Source of the DNA: Nostoc sp.
GTDB lineage: Bacteria > Cyanobacteriota > Cyanobacteriia > Cyanobacteriales > Nostocaceae
Length of the DNA stretch: 64,000 nucleotides
Reading direction: 5' to 3'
NCBI GenBank assembly: GCA_036918135.1
Contig: JBALDB010000053.1
Coordinates: 1 to 64,000 of the forward strand
A model generated the notes under the pieces. It saw nothing but the letters and a program-made list of their open reading frames with translations. It was not told where the DNA came from and ran no database searches. The translations under genes and the position numbers were made by a program. Each line of letters opens with the position of its first letter. Position 1 is the stretch's first letter. Below are positions 18,427 through 29,301 of the stretch, one piece after another.

Positions 18427-20151
18427 GTGGGTCAGTATCAACCTGCTCAGCTAAAACGCTACAATCCAGAGGCGATCGCTCGCTACTATCGCTACCGTCC
18501 TTGGGTAGCCTGGGGGCGATTGCTGAGAATTATCTGGTCTTTTGCAGGATTTCTACTTAATATCAAGTTGGATGAATGGCAAGATAAAGTTGAGCAGAAC
18601 AAAGTAAAACGAGCCATCCAGTTGCGAAAACTGCTCACAGGTCTGGGCCCTACTTTTATTAAAGTTGGTCAAGCCCTCTCCACCAGACCAGACCTGATAC
18701 GCAAAGATTTTTTAGAAGAACTGGTGAAGTTGCAAGACCAGTTACCGCCATTCGATAATGCGATCGCTTACCGAATTATCGAAACCGAACTCGACCGCCC
18801 CATTCACGACAGTTTTAGCGAACTCTCACCCAATCCGGTAGCTGCTGCTAGCTTGGGTCAAGTGTATCGTGGCCGTTTGATTACTGGGGAAGAAGTCGCA
18901 GTCAAGGTACAACGTCCCAACTTACGCCCGATTCTGACACGCGACTTATATTTGATGCGCTGGGCGGCGAGTTGGCTAGCCCCTTGGTTACCTCTGAATC
19001 TCGGTCACGACCTGACTTTAATTGTGGACGAGTTTGGCATCAAGTTATTTGAAGAAATTGATTATATTAATGAAGGCCGCAATGCCGAAAAATTTGCTAG
19101 TAACTTCCACAACGACCCCCAAGTAAAAGTTCCAGGGATTTATTGGCGTTATACCAATACCCACGTTTTAACTTTGGAATGGATTAACGGCTTCAAGCTC
19201 ACAGACACTCAACGCATCCGGGAAGCAGGTTTAGATCCAGAAGCCATTATCCAAATTGGTGTAACTTCAGGTTTGCAACAGTTGTTAGAACACGGCTTCT
19301 TCCATGCAGACCCCCATCCCGGTAACTTGTTTGCTATGCCTGATGGTCGCATGGCTTACATAGACTTTGGGATGATGGATCAGTTAGAACAAACCACCAA
19401 AGAAACGCTAGTAGACGCACTAGTGCATTTGGTGAATAAAGACTACAACGATTTAGCCGAAGACTTTGTAAAATTGGGGTTTCTGACTCCAGACACAAAT
19501 ATTTGCCCAATTGTACCCGCATTAGAAGCGGTGTTGGGAAACGCCATCGGTAAAAACGTCGGGGATTTTAACTTCAAAACCATCACCGATGAATTCTCGG
19601 AACTAATGTATGAATATCCTTTTCGAGTTCCGGCGAAGTTTGCTTTGATTATTCGTTCCTTGGTGACTCAAGAAGGCATTGCCCTGAGCCTCAACCGGAA
19701 TTTTAAAATTGTCGAGGTAGGTTATCCATATATAGCACGGCGATTGCTGACGGGAGAATCGCCCCAATTGCGGCGACGATTATTAAACGTGCTATTTAAA
19801 GATGGTAAATTCCAATGGCAGCGGTTAGAAAATTTAATTGCGATCGCTCGTACTGATGGTAACTTTGATGTTGTACCCACAGCACAAATGGGGTTCCAAT
19901 ATTTAATATCCGATGAAGGCAAGTTTCTCCGGCGACAAGTAGTGCTTGCTCTTACAGAAGATGACCGCTTGCACACCGAAGAAGTTCAACGCCTGTGGAA
20001 CTTGGTTAAAGATGACTTAAAACCGGATCGTTTATTCAATGTAGCGATCGGTATTTTAACAGAATTATCCAGAGAAGGCGCAGCTGCGATTTTACCAAAA
20101 GCTGCATTTCTTGGGTCTTTTGTTTCAAAGCAGTCAGCAAGTAAAAACTAA
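18427..20151 (+). CDS. ABC1/AarF/UbiB family atypical kinase
   Basis: LGPTFIKVGQALSTRPD, AAASLGQVY, VAVKVQRP, FFHADPHPGN, IDFG. GTG 18427 is a likely start. Confidence 0.95.
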   Translation: MGQYQPAQLKRYNPEAIARYYRYRPWVAWGRLLRIIWSFAGFLLNIKLDEWQDKVEQNKVKRAIQLRKLLTGLGPTFIKVGQALSTRPDLIRKDFLEELVKLQDQLPPFDNAIAYRIIETELDRPIHDSFSELSPNPVAAASLGQVYRGRLITGEEVAVKVQRPNLRPILTRDLYLMRWAASWLAPWLPLNLGHDLTLIVDEFGIKLFEEIDYINEGRNAEKFASNFHNDPQVKVPGIYWRYTNTHVLTLEWINGFKLTDTQRIREAGLDPEAIIQIGVTSGLQQLLEHGFFHADPHPGNLFAMPDGRMAYIDFGMMDQLEQTTKETLVDALVHLVNKDYNDLAEDFVKLGFLTPDTNICPIVPALEAVLGNAIGKNVGDFNFKTITDEFSELMYEYPFRVPAKFALIIRSLVTQEGIALSLNRNFKIVEVGYPYIARRLLTGESPQLRRRLLNVLFKDGKFQWQRLENLIAIARTDGNFDVVPTAQMGFQYLISDEGKFLRRQVVLALTEDDRLHTEEVQRLWNLVKDDLKPDRLFNVAIGILTELSREGAAAILPKAAFLGSFVSKQSASKN

Positions 20152-20180
20152 AAAATCTTTAATATCAACCACGAGTTTCC

Positions 20181-20555
20181 ATGTACTATTTCCCCTTGCA
20201 ACCACCTTATTTTCTGTTACTTGTAGGCTTTCTCACAGCCTTAACATCTGGTATCGCCTTATCTGGGACTTTGAAACTAATTGTACAGAAATGGTCGAGC
20301 GAGCCTACGGAAAATACTAAACCGCGTTCTCCATTGAAACAATTAGTTGTGCCATTTCTTGGCATCACTGCTGGTATTTGTTTATTTATGTCTTCAGGCT
20401 TAGAAATATTTGGTTTTCCTTCCTTACTAGCATTAGGAGTTGGTTTACCAATAAGTCTGCTGACTTGTTTGTTAATATGGTTGCAGTTAGGAAGTATGCT
20501 CACCTTTGCCGAACGCGAAGGAATGCAATCTTTAGATTTAGATTCTTTTTCTTAG
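20181..20555 (+). CDS. Cyanobacterial membrane protein of unknown function
   Basis: Three hydrophobic segments; PPYFLL..G and SGLEIFG; closely follows the ABC1 kinase. Confidence 0.75.
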   Translation: MYYFPLQPPYFLLLVGFLTALTSGIALSGTLKLIVQKWSSEPTENTKPRSPLKQLVVPFLGITAGICLFMSSGLEIFGFPSLLALGVGLPISLLTCLLIWLQLGSMLTFAEREGMQSLDLDSFS

Positions 20556-20781
20556 AAGTATGATACTCCACTAATATTTAAATCAACGTAAATCTTCACC
20601 GTTAGCAAGTTATTTGCTGACGGTTAATAGTTAGATTTTCCTAAAATTTAACAAATTTTAATATTTAATTATATACAAATACTGTAGTGTATCTGCTGTA
20701 AACATAATTAGGAATATTCACTCACAATTGTACAAATTTTTCAAGCAAATTTTTATTTTTTCCAAAGGAGTTTCATAAACT

Positions 20782-21666
20782 ATGACTCAAGAAGAAAAAG
20801 ATTTCTGCTTTTGTACCTTAGCTTTGGGCGAGAGATATCGCTCTCATGCTTTTTTATTAGCTGAAGACATTGAAAAACATTCACCTGGAACCAAGTTTGT
20901 AATTTTAACAGATAAGCCACAGGAATTTAGTAAATATTCTCATGTTTTAGCTTTTCCACATCAACAACAAAGCATTGGTTGTTACCACGATAAAAGATTT
21001 GTGATTGCCAAAGCATTATCGCTATTTCATACCGGCATTTTTGTTGATGTAGATATGCGAATATTGGATAAGGTAGCACCAAATCTCAAGTTTATTCCTG
21101 GAATTACAGCGAGAAGTTGTGCCAGTATTGTCAAACATAATCAAGCTTACGTTGGTTCAGTCAATGACTTGCATAAACCAAAAAGAATTAGAGACTTGGA
21201 AATTGTTAGCAAGTTAGCACAAAAACTGGATTTAAATTTAGAAGATAATAATACCCAGTTTGTGATGGAAGTTTTATTTGCAGTTACAAGACAAGATGGG
21301 TGCGAAATCGAATTTCTCAAACACTGGGAAACCATTGCATATTATTGTGAGTTAAACGGTTTTACTTGTGCTATAGGTTATGCAATAGGATTAGCCGCTG
21401 CTAAAGCAGGATTAGCAGTTAGATGGGATGCTATGGAGGATATTGTTTATTTTAAAGATTGGGTAGAACGACAAAAAATTAAAAAAGGACAAGCAAATCC
21501 AGAAGAAAGTTTAATATATTTTCAACAGCATGAAGCAATTGAATTCCCCAAGCGTTCAATTTTCAAAAAGGTAGCATCTAAACTAGATAAAACTATTGGC
21601 TATTACTATCGTTCGCTGCGCTTAAGACTTGCAACCTTGAGTAATTTCGATTTTTATTATAGATAA
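20782..21666 (+). CDS. Putative GT-A fold glycosyltransferase-like protein
   Basis: FCTLALG..Y, VILTD, HDKRF, IFVDVD (DxD); SD AAAGGAG upstream. Confidence 0.65.
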   Translation: MTQEEKDFCFCTLALGERYRSHAFLLAEDIEKHSPGTKFVILTDKPQEFSKYSHVLAFPHQQQSIGCYHDKRFVIAKALSLFHTGIFVDVDMRILDKVAPNLKFIPGITARSCASIVKHNQAYVGSVNDLHKPKRIRDLEIVSKLAQKLDLNLEDNNTQFVMEVLFAVTRQDGCEIEFLKHWETIAYYCELNGFTCAIGYAIGLAAAKAGLAVRWDAMEDIVYFKDWVERQKIKKGQANPEESLIYFQQHEAIEFPKRSIFKKVASKLDKTIGYYYRSLRLRLATLSNFDFYYR

Positions 21667-21742
21667 AGAGTAGGGACTGGGAACTAGGAAAAAATATTTA
21701 GGAATACTTTCTCATTACCTAATACCTAGTACCCAATCACTT

Positions 21743-22777
21743 TCACTTAGTAATTTTATCTTTGAAATTACGGTAGTTTAGTTTAAAATTGTTGATTCTT
21801 TGTTGAATAAACTTGCTAGTAGACTTTTGCAAAAGTGTTAACTGGCTTGGACGTGTAAAAGTTTGGGGGCGTTTTTCCGGTGATTTTAAGTAGCGATAAT
21901 GTAAGAAAACATCGCGGTAAGGAATATCAACATCTTCACCCCCACAGAGCCGCACAAAAGCTGATGAAGATATACTCATATAGTGTAAGTATGTCAATCT
22001 GCGCCCTTGGTCATAGAGAATATTATCTACTACATCAAATTGAGAACTCCAGTGATTACCAGTTGCCTGTTCGCAGTTATGACAAGCAAAGTTATAATAT
22101 GAAATGCCGCTTCTCAATACCATGTAGTTAAATAAAGATTGGTCGGGTGCTAAAAAAGCCATAACATCAGCTTCACCTGATTTTAATTTATCGAATAAGT
22201 CGGCTCTGATAGCTGAGGAAAAAATATTTTTCTTAGTGGCAAACCAACCAGCGCAAAATATTTTCGATTGGATATTGTCTGTGTTAAAAATTTGCTGTAT
22301 TTGCTCTGGAGAGCCATCAAAAATAAATTTTAATTCTGATTTATACTGAAAATCGTTGACTACCCAATCGCAAGTATCTAATTTTTCATATATATAATCT
22401 ACTGGCCCCATTAACAAGGTATCGGCATCAAAATAAATAAATCTATCAAAGGGGCCATTGATAGCACAAAATTTGCGGTGCATGGGTAACTCATAGAGTT
22501 CTGGAAAACCCCACTCTCGCCAAGTTTTTTGCGCTCTGGGGTAATTTTTCCATATTTGGGTAGCAAAATTATCCCAATAAGCTATCGCATCAGAGTCTTC
22601 AAATAAGCTGAGATTATCTCTAGATGCTATTTCTGCTTTTACCTTGTCCAAGCGATCGTTATATGGAAGTATACAAATAGGAATTTTTCTACCAGCATTA
22701 GCCTCTATACTATTAAGCAATGCAATTAGTTGGTCGTAAACAACATCATTTGCCAGGATATAAATACCATCAATCAT
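21743..22777 (-). CDS. Putative GT-A/GT8-like sugar transferase (paralogue 1)
   Basis: GIYILAND, GPFDRFIYFDAD, F.AG, DQSLFNY, LTYLHY. Confidence 0.8.
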   Translation of the reverse strand: MIDGIYILANDVVYDQLIALLNSIEANAGRKIPICILPYNDRLDKVKAEIASRDNLSLFEDSDAIAYWDNFATQIWKNYPRAQKTWREWGFPELYELPMHRKFCAINGPFDRFIYFDADTLLMGPVDYIYEKLDTCDWVVNDFQYKSELKFIFDGSPEQIQQIFNTDNIQSKIFCAGWFATKKNIFSSAIRADLFDKLKSGEADVMAFLAPDQSLFNYMVLRSGISYYNFACHNCEQATGNHWSSQFDVVDNILYDQGRRLTYLHYMSISSSAFVRLCGGEDVDIPYRDVFLHYRYLKSPEKRPQTFTRPSQLTLLQKSTSKFIQQRINNFKLNYRNFKDKITK

Positions 22778-22793
22778 TGGGATACTCCTAATA

Positions 22794-23684
22794 TTAAATG
22801 CGGGCAACAACAAACGGAAATAAACGCCGAGTCAGTTTAGGAATAAAGGCAAATTTACCCTCATGAAGATAGCGATAGTGTTCCCACAATTCCCAATAGG
22901 GGCTACCAGTTTTCATCCGTGTACCAGCCCAATGAAGATATTTCAGTCGTTGTCCTCGGTCATATAAGGCGTAGTCTTGCTGTTGGAAGTTTCGCGAACC
23001 CGCCCAACTACCAGGCCCTCCCCCAGGAATTTTGACGAGATTACCGCGTTTGGCAATCAGTTTCAGAACTAAATAATTGAGAATTGGTTGGTCTGTTACT
23101 CCTTCAGAAAAATCAAAATATTCCCGATGTGCAGCACATTCGCGCAAAGTTTCATCCATTTGTTGTTCGGTAATAGTTCCTTTTTTAGAAGCCCAAAAAC
23201 CGCTGTTGAAAACATCTTCAAGCTGTTCATCTGAAAATATTTGCTGTTCTTTTATCAACGGAGAAAAAATATTTCGCAGCTTGTCATTAGCATGATGATA
23301 ATCACAACAGAAGAAATCGACTTCTGAAAATTTGTCTAAATTATCAGCAATTTTTTCAAAAACGACAATATCAGTATCAATATAAATAAACTCATCTAAA
23401 GGGCCAAACCAGGCCACTAGTTTACGCATTTTATTAGGTAAGGCGAGGAAATCTCTATCAAAAATTTCACCGATGCGTTTGGTAAATTTATCAATAAATT
23501 CTAAATCTGGAAAAATTTGTACGTTGTGTAAGGTAGCAAGTTGTTCTGCCACCTTGTGATAATTTTCATTAAATGGTATGAGATAAATGGTTACTTCTGG
23601 GTCGTAGTAACGAATACTATTGAGTAAGGCGATCGCATTATCGATCACTCGGTCATTAGCAACAATATAAATTCCCCTGCTCAT
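22794..23684 (-). CDS. Putative GT-A/GT8-like sugar transferase (paralogue 2)
   Basis: GIYIVAND, GPLDEFIYIDTD, FNSG, DQPILNY, LKYLHW. Confidence 0.8.
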   Translation of the reverse strand: MSRGIYIVANDRVIDNAIALLNSIRYYDPEVTIYLIPFNENYHKVAEQLATLHNVQIFPDLEFIDKFTKRIGEIFDRDFLALPNKMRKLVAWFGPLDEFIYIDTDIVVFEKIADNLDKFSEVDFFCCDYHHANDKLRNIFSPLIKEQQIFSDEQLEDVFNSGFWASKKGTITEQQMDETLRECAAHREYFDFSEGVTDQPILNYLVLKLIAKRGNLVKIPGGGPGSWAGSRNFQQQDYALYDRGQRLKYLHWAGTRMKTGSPYWELWEHYRYLHEGKFAFIPKLTRRLFPFVVARI

Positions 23685-23687
23685 AAA

Positions 23688-24668
23688 TTATCCTTGATTA
23701 ATTAACTTTAATTTTCGCAAAGCTCTTGTGAGTAAATTTGGTGTGGGAGAGTCATTATAATTCTTTGGAGGGTTGGTAAATACTGGACGCTTTTCTGGTT
23801 CGTGTAAATAACGATAGTAGAGAAATAAATCTCGATAGGGAAACTCGATATTTTCTCCAGCACAGACCGCTTGATTGATGTGGGGAGGAATACCAATGTA
23901 ATGCAGATAAGTTAGACGATTGCCTTTATCATATAAAATATGTTCTTGTTCTGCAAAGTGTTTTGATGTCGCAGAACATCCTGTTTTTAAATTATCTGGT
24001 AGTTGCCTTGCAAAGTTATAAATAGGAAGATTAGACCTCATGACCATGTAGTTAATCAGCGGTTGTTCGCCAGCACCTTCATATAAAATTTCTGCTTCCC
24101 CGTTTTGTAAATTTGATATCAGCCAATCACGTTGTTCTGAGTTAAATATTCCTTGTTTTGAACCATAAAAACCCGAACAAAATATTTCGGAATCAATACG
24201 CTTTTGCTCAAAAATTTCTAATAATTTTGGAGAATTAACATTATAGATTTTACTAACGTCTTTAAATTGGAAATCGTAGACAACAAAATCATGAGTATCT
24301 AGCTTTTCAAACACCGACGCTAGTGAATTCATCACCAAAGTGTCTGCATCTAAATAAATAAACTTATCGAAGGGCCCGTCAAAAGCACAAAAACGACGGT
24401 GAGCGCCATAAAGACGGAATTTGCTGCGATTCAATCGTTCTGGGGCTGCTGAGAGCATAAATTGATCCCAGCAGTTGATTGATTCTCGATTATCGTAAAT
24501 AAATACATTAGGACGCTGAGCTATTTCCTCGGCAATTCGTTGTGTTTGGTCGTCAAAAGGATAGATACAAACTGGAGTTTCTTTGCCTAATATCACATCT
24601 ATACTGTTGAGCAAAGCCACCAGTTGGTCGAAAACATAATCATTACCAAGGGTACAAATACCATTCAT
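23688..24668 (-). CDS. Putative GT-A/GT8-like sugar transferase (paralogue 3)
   Basis: GICTLGND, GPFDKFIYLDAD, FCSG, EQPLINY, LTYLHY. Confidence 0.8.
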   Translation of the reverse strand: MNGICTLGNDYVFDQLVALLNSIDVILGKETPVCIYPFDDQTQRIAEEIAQRPNVFIYDNRESINCWDQFMLSAAPERLNRSKFRLYGAHRRFCAFDGPFDKFIYLDADTLVMNSLASVFEKLDTHDFVVYDFQFKDVSKIYNVNSPKLLEIFEQKRIDSEIFCSGFYGSKQGIFNSEQRDWLISNLQNGEAEILYEGAGEQPLINYMVMRSNLPIYNFARQLPDNLKTGCSATSKHFAEQEHILYDKGNRLTYLHYIGIPPHINQAVCAGENIEFPYRDLFLYYRYLHEPEKRPVFTNPPKNYNDSPTPNLLTRALRKLKLINQG

Positions 24669-24674
24669 AATTTA

Positions 24675-25628
24675 TCAGTATTGAGCAACAAAATTTGATA
24701 ACCAGTTAAGCAGATTTAATTTGTGTAAAATGATTTGCCGTGCTTCGGCGATCGCATCTTTAGCTTGATACCAAGCATCAGGTGTTGCTGTCACTTCTTG
24801 GATGTAAGCAATGCCTTTTTCATCTAAACTGGGTAATCTTAAAAAACTACCGGGTGGCAATAATTTATCAGCAGCTGGGCCACCATAATAAATTGGCAGA
24901 CACCAAGCAAGTAAACTATCCCAAAGTTTCTCACTTACATACCAATTATTATCAGCATAGTTTTCAATTGCTAAATTGTAATAATATGGTGCCATGCCAT
25001 ACCATTTATTACCTAATTCTCCCGACTTTTTCGCCCATTCTGGTAAGTTGCGCCCATACAAATCAAACTTCATGCCACTAGATTGTAGCGATTTTAAAAA
25101 GTCTAAACGCTGGCGATGGTTGACTGTGCGGTTAATTCCTGAAGTAATCCAACTACATGGAGCAACTTTTTGGGGAGGTGGCATTTCATTCAAATCTTGA
25201 AATGTATTTGAATGATACCAAATAGCAGGCATATAGTCAGGAGTCGGCGCAAAATCATCAGGCCCAGAAATGTAGCCGCAATATTTCTGGGCTTCTTGAT
25301 AATTATAATTAGTGATTTCTAAAACTTCATCTAAAGGTGGTTCTCTTAGTAAATAAATAATCCGTTCTTTGTTGACATCACGCAATAGAGAATCAACATT
25401 GATGACTGATTTTTTCTGGCGTTTGCGTAAGCTATCGAACCAGGATTGTTGTGGCGCTGCTTTGGGAAAATCAAATTGATACATTAGCAGAAAATCAGGT
25501 TTTGCTGCTAGTGCTTGCATTTGTATATTGCCCCAAATTCCAAATTGATGCGGGGTTTGTTGCCAAAGCCAATCGGCTCTGATTTCTAAACCTCGATAGC
25601 TGCTAATCATTCCTACTGTAATATTCAT
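24675..25628 (-). CDS. Glycosyltransferase family 10 (fucosyltransferase-like)
   Basis: Y.YNLAIEN...YVSEKLWDSLLAWCLPIYYG alpha-1,3-FucT motif. Confidence 0.88.
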   Translation of the reverse strand: MNITVGMISSYRGLEIRADWLWQQTPHQFGIWGNIQMQALAAKPDFLLMYQFDFPKAAPQQSWFDSLRKRQKKSVINVDSLLRDVNKERIIYLLREPPLDEVLEITNYNYQEAQKYCGYISGPDDFAPTPDYMPAIWYHSNTFQDLNEMPPPQKVAPCSWITSGINRTVNHRQRLDFLKSLQSSGMKFDLYGRNLPEWAKKSGELGNKWYGMAPYYYNLAIENYADNNWYVSEKLWDSLLAWCLPIYYGGPAADKLLPPGSFLRLPSLDEKGIAYIQEVTATPDAWYQAKDAIAEARQIILHKLNLLNWLSNFVAQY

Positions 25629-25714
25629 GTTAATAATTTCGATAGTGACAAATTGAGACGCAAGCACGTGGGGACGTAGGGAGTGCGTCCCCGCGTCTTT
25701 GTGTCTGCGTGTCT

Positions 25715-26926
25715 TTATCCAATAATTGGCGGACGTAAAGATTTATCAACGTAACTCAAGATTTTTGTGGCTCGATTTTCCCAAGAGAATTGTTTGACAA
25801 ATTCGATGCTATCTGGGTATCCTTCTATTTTTCGGGGATGAGTTTCTAAGACTCGCTGCAAACTTTCAGCAAATTTGCTGGGGTTATCTGGTTCACACCA
25901 AGCAGCTATGGCTTGGGTATTCTGAAATTCAATTAATGAAGAAATTTCTGTGGCGACAATGGGTGTTCCAGAGGCGAAGTAGTCAAATAGTTTTAAGGGA
26001 GATGTGAAAGTTGCGGCTTTTCCCGAACAATGGGGATGAGCTAAAACGTCGGCTGCTTGCAGCAGAGATGCTAATTCATCATGCAAGACATAGCCTAAAA
26101 ATTTAATGTTGTGAACCTGTTTTTCTTTGACTAATTGTTGATAGGGTTCGACTTCTGTTGATTTTCCACCTGCACAAACAAATTGTACATTTGGCATTTG
26201 TTGAGCTACATCAATTAGTACATCAATACCTTTAAATTGCTGTATAGCTCCCGCATAAACTACTAATTTTTGACTTTCATCTCGTAAGAGTTTTTGACGC
26301 CATTCTGCCGCTTTTTCTGGTTGTCTTTCCATAAAAAAGCGATTAAAACCGTTGTGCAGCCTAATTACTTTTTCTGGTGGCATACCATTTTTAATCATGG
26401 TTTGGCGGATAGTTTCTACAACTGTGACGGCAATTTGTAACAGCGGATTATTGACTATTTCTTCTTCAAATGGTTTGTCTTCGTGATGATGATGTTCGTA
26501 AATTGCCGGAACACCATTTTTAATAGCAGCTTTAACAAAATTCCAGTTGCGACTGTGGACAAGTTTGGTAGTTGGAAGTATGTGAAAGGGCAAATAATAT
26601 TTACAGGCAATGGTGTTAGAATCTGTAAATTTGCTAGATAAATGGTCAATCGGCCAAGGCATCGGTAAAGGAGCAACTTTTAATTTGTCATGGAGGTTGT
26701 AATATTTAATAAGTTCTGTTGGTGTTTTTTTTGGTTGAAAAGGACGTGCTAGATTAATTAGGTTAGTAGCTTTTACTTTTTTATCAGGATATACCAAAAC
26801 TGTGGAGTAACCCAAGTTGGCGACGGCGTTAGCAGCATTTGTAGATTGTACTAAATGAGCCTCAGGCTGAGGTAATTCTTCACCAATAAAATAAATATAG
26901 TTTTTTTGAGCGGCAGGATTTTTCAT
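25715..26926 (-). CDS. Glycosyltransferase family 4
   Basis: YAG....KG, ADVL, SPLKLFDYFASGTPIVAT, FSWENRA. Confidence 0.9.
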   Translation of the reverse strand: MKNPAAQKNYIYFIGEELPQPEAHLVQSTNAANAVANLGYSTVLVYPDKKVKATNLINLARPFQPKKTPTELIKYYNLHDKLKVAPLPMPWPIDHLSSKFTDSNTIACKYYLPFHILPTTKLVHSRNWNFVKAAIKNGVPAIYEHHHHEDKPFEEEIVNNPLLQIAVTVVETIRQTMIKNGMPPEKVIRLHNGFNRFFMERQPEKAAEWRQKLLRDESQKLVVYAGAIQQFKGIDVLIDVAQQMPNVQFVCAGGKSTEVEPYQQLVKEKQVHNIKFLGYVLHDELASLLQAADVLAHPHCSGKAATFTSPLKLFDYFASGTPIVATEISSLIEFQNTQAIAAWCEPDNPSKFAESLQRVLETHPRKIEGYPDSIEFVKQFSWENRATKILSYVDKSLRPPIIG

Positions 26927-26930
26927 ATTG

Positions 26931-29279
26931 TTAGATTTTAATACTCTCCTCAAATTTTTCTAAATTATCGAGTAAATATATAGCAGATTCATAACTTTCA
27001 CTAATTAATCCATTTTGTTCTTGAGGAGTATCTATCAAAGAATCGGCTAAAGAGCGGAGAGAGCTAAGTATGAGGTTAAGAGAAGTCCGAAATTCAAGAG
27101 AAATATGATTAAAAGTTTGATAATAGTCGCTGATGATATTCTGATTTTGGTCAGAAATGGAGATCAGTTGCCCCTGGATTTGCAAGTTAATAACATCCTC
27201 AAAAATATCAATCGTGTTAAGAATTCTCCAAGCTGATTTGTAAGAGTTTTCTATTAATTCGTGCCGTTCTTGGGAATCATTTACCAAATCGTCAAGTAAT
27301 AAGCGCAGAAACCCAATCATCGAGTTCAACTGTGTGCGAATTTCGTGAGAGATGCGGAGCAAGCTCTGATTGTGTTTGATAATGACTTCAGGACGTTCAG
27401 TAAATTTCTTTGAATTTTGGCGCATTGCCTTGAGAATTCTTGTCTGAATCAAATTATTATTAGACTCATGTCTGACAACAACCTGCTCGGCATCTACGGT
27501 AAATTGCATTGAGTACAAGCGTGAGTAGTAACCACCCTTTTGTAAAAGTTCTTCATGAGTTCCCACTTCTACTACTCGTCCTTGATCTAATACGGCAATT
27601 TGATCGGCTTTTTGGACTGTGGAAAGGCGGTGAGCAATTACGAGGGTGGTACGATCGCGGCTGAGTTCATCGAGTGCAGCTTGGACTAAGCGTTCGGAAA
27701 CGGTATCTAAAGCGCTGGTGGCTTCATCTAAAATCAGAATTTCCGGATTTTGCACTAATGCACGGGCGATGGCTAGTCTTTGTCTTTGTCCACCAGATAA
27801 CATGACGCCGCGATCGCCAATTAAGGTGTCAAATCCTTGAGGTAATTTACTAATAAATTCATAAGCGTTTGCCCGTTTAGCTGCTGTAATAATTTCGTCC
27901 TCAGTTGCCTCAGGACACCCGTAGGCAATATTATTTTTTACCGAATCATTAAAAAGAAAGGTATCTTGACTGACAATTCCCATACGCTTACGCAGGGATA
28001 CCACATCAAATTCCCGCAAATCAGTGTCGTCGATAGTAATTCCACCAGCCACCGGATCGTAAAATCTTGGCAAAAGGTCTGCTAAAGTCGATTTTCCTGC
28101 ACCAGAACCGCCTACTAATGCTAAAGTTGTGCCACGCGGTAAATATAAATTTACATCTTTGAGGACTAACTTTTCATGACCGGGGTAAGCAAAGCACAGA
28201 GAATTAAAAGATACTCCCTCTTGTAATTTTGTATAAGGAAGTTTACCGTTACCCATGAATGGTTTATTATCCAAGCTTAAAAACTCGTTCGCTACATCCA
28301 CACTGGCAGCAGTACTAGCAAAGTTACTGCGAATAGTATTTAACTGAGAAATTAATGGCAACACTCGCAACAGTACTAATAAATATGTTAGAAGTACGGT
28401 AGAAAGCGAAGCAACTTCATTAGCAAAGAAAGTTTTACTCAAAAGTACAATCATCAGCAAAGCTGTAATACCCATTACCTCACCGATGGGTGTGATTGCT
28501 TCAGAATTAATTTGAGAGCGGAAATCTGCTAATTCGCGATCGCGGATTAATTTTTGAATTCGTTCGTATTCTTTTTCTTCATTTCCTGTCGCTTTAACTA
28601 ACCTAATCCCGTTTAAAGTTTCCAAGACAGAAATTGAATATGCTTTCGACATCTCGCTGAGCTGCTTCCCATAAATTTTAGAACGAGAAATAGCATACTG
28701 ATTGACTAACGTCACTAACGATAACAAAAGCGTAGCTGCAACGGTCAACTGCCAAGAAATTGACAGTAATAAACCAACAAAAACTAAAATTGTAATTCCT
28801 AAAATAACTATTTTGACTGTACTCCCCACAGCACTGGCAGCACGTCCAATTTCTCCACCCAAGCGGTTGATTAAATCACCAACCTTGGTTTTGGCGTAAT
28901 AATCTATATCAATTTCTAGTAATAGCTTTAATCCACTTTCTCGCATATCTGATGTCAGCTTGCGAGTTAGGGAACTCGATGCTAAGGCGCTGGCATAAGT
29001 AGCTAAGTTTTTTAAAAAAATTGTAAAAATAATTGCTCCAGCCATTACTCCTATTCGGTAAGTTTCTGGAGTATTATCAAACGGAGATATCATTCTTTTG
29101 AGGATGGGAGGCGCAGTAGTTAAATCTACTTCTTGCCCAACAATTTTTAAAACTATCGGCACAATTAAAGCTGTGCTAATCCCATTAAATAAAGCTCCAG
29201 AAAATCCTAACAATATTGTTAGCAGAATCAAACCAGGATAGGGTTTTGCGAATCTTAGTAGTAGTTTTCTGGTAGACAT
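26931..29279 (-). CDS. ABC exporter (TMD+NBD, MsbA/HepA-like) with C-terminal tandem HisKA-like repeats
   Basis: GGSGAGKS, LSGGQRQR, ILILDEATSALD, AHRL; tail has SHEIRTQLNSMIGFL and SLEFRTSLNLILSSL. Confidence 0.92.
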   Translation of the reverse strand: MSTRKLLLRFAKPYPGLILLTILLGFSGALFNGISTALIVPIVLKIVGQEVDLTTAPPILKRMISPFDNTPETYRIGVMAGAIIFTIFLKNLATYASALASSSLTRKLTSDMRESGLKLLLEIDIDYYAKTKVGDLINRLGGEIGRAASAVGSTVKIVILGITILVFVGLLLSISWQLTVAATLLLSLVTLVNQYAISRSKIYGKQLSEMSKAYSISVLETLNGIRLVKATGNEEKEYERIQKLIRDRELADFRSQINSEAITPIGEVMGITALLMIVLLSKTFFANEVASLSTVLLTYLLVLLRVLPLISQLNTIRSNFASTAASVDVANEFLSLDNKPFMGNGKLPYTKLQEGVSFNSLCFAYPGHEKLVLKDVNLYLPRGTTLALVGGSGAGKSTLADLLPRFYDPVAGGITIDDTDLREFDVVSLRKRMGIVSQDTFLFNDSVKNNIAYGCPEATEDEIITAAKRANAYEFISKLPQGFDTLIGDRGVMLSGGQRQRLAIARALVQNPEILILDEATSALDTVSERLVQAALDELSRDRTTLVIAHRLSTVQKADQIAVLDQGRVVEVGTHEELLQKGGYYSRLYSMQFTVDAEQVVVRHESNNNLIQTRILKAMRQNSKKFTERPEVIIKHNQSLLRISHEIRTQLNSMIGFLRLLLDDLVNDSQERHELIENSYKSAWRILNTIDIFEDVINLQIQGQLISISDQNQNIISDYYQTFNHISLEFRTSLNLILSSLRSLADSLIDTPQEQNGLISESYESAIYLLDNLEKFEESIKI

Positions 29280-29301
29280 GGAGTATTTTTATTAATATGA
29301 T

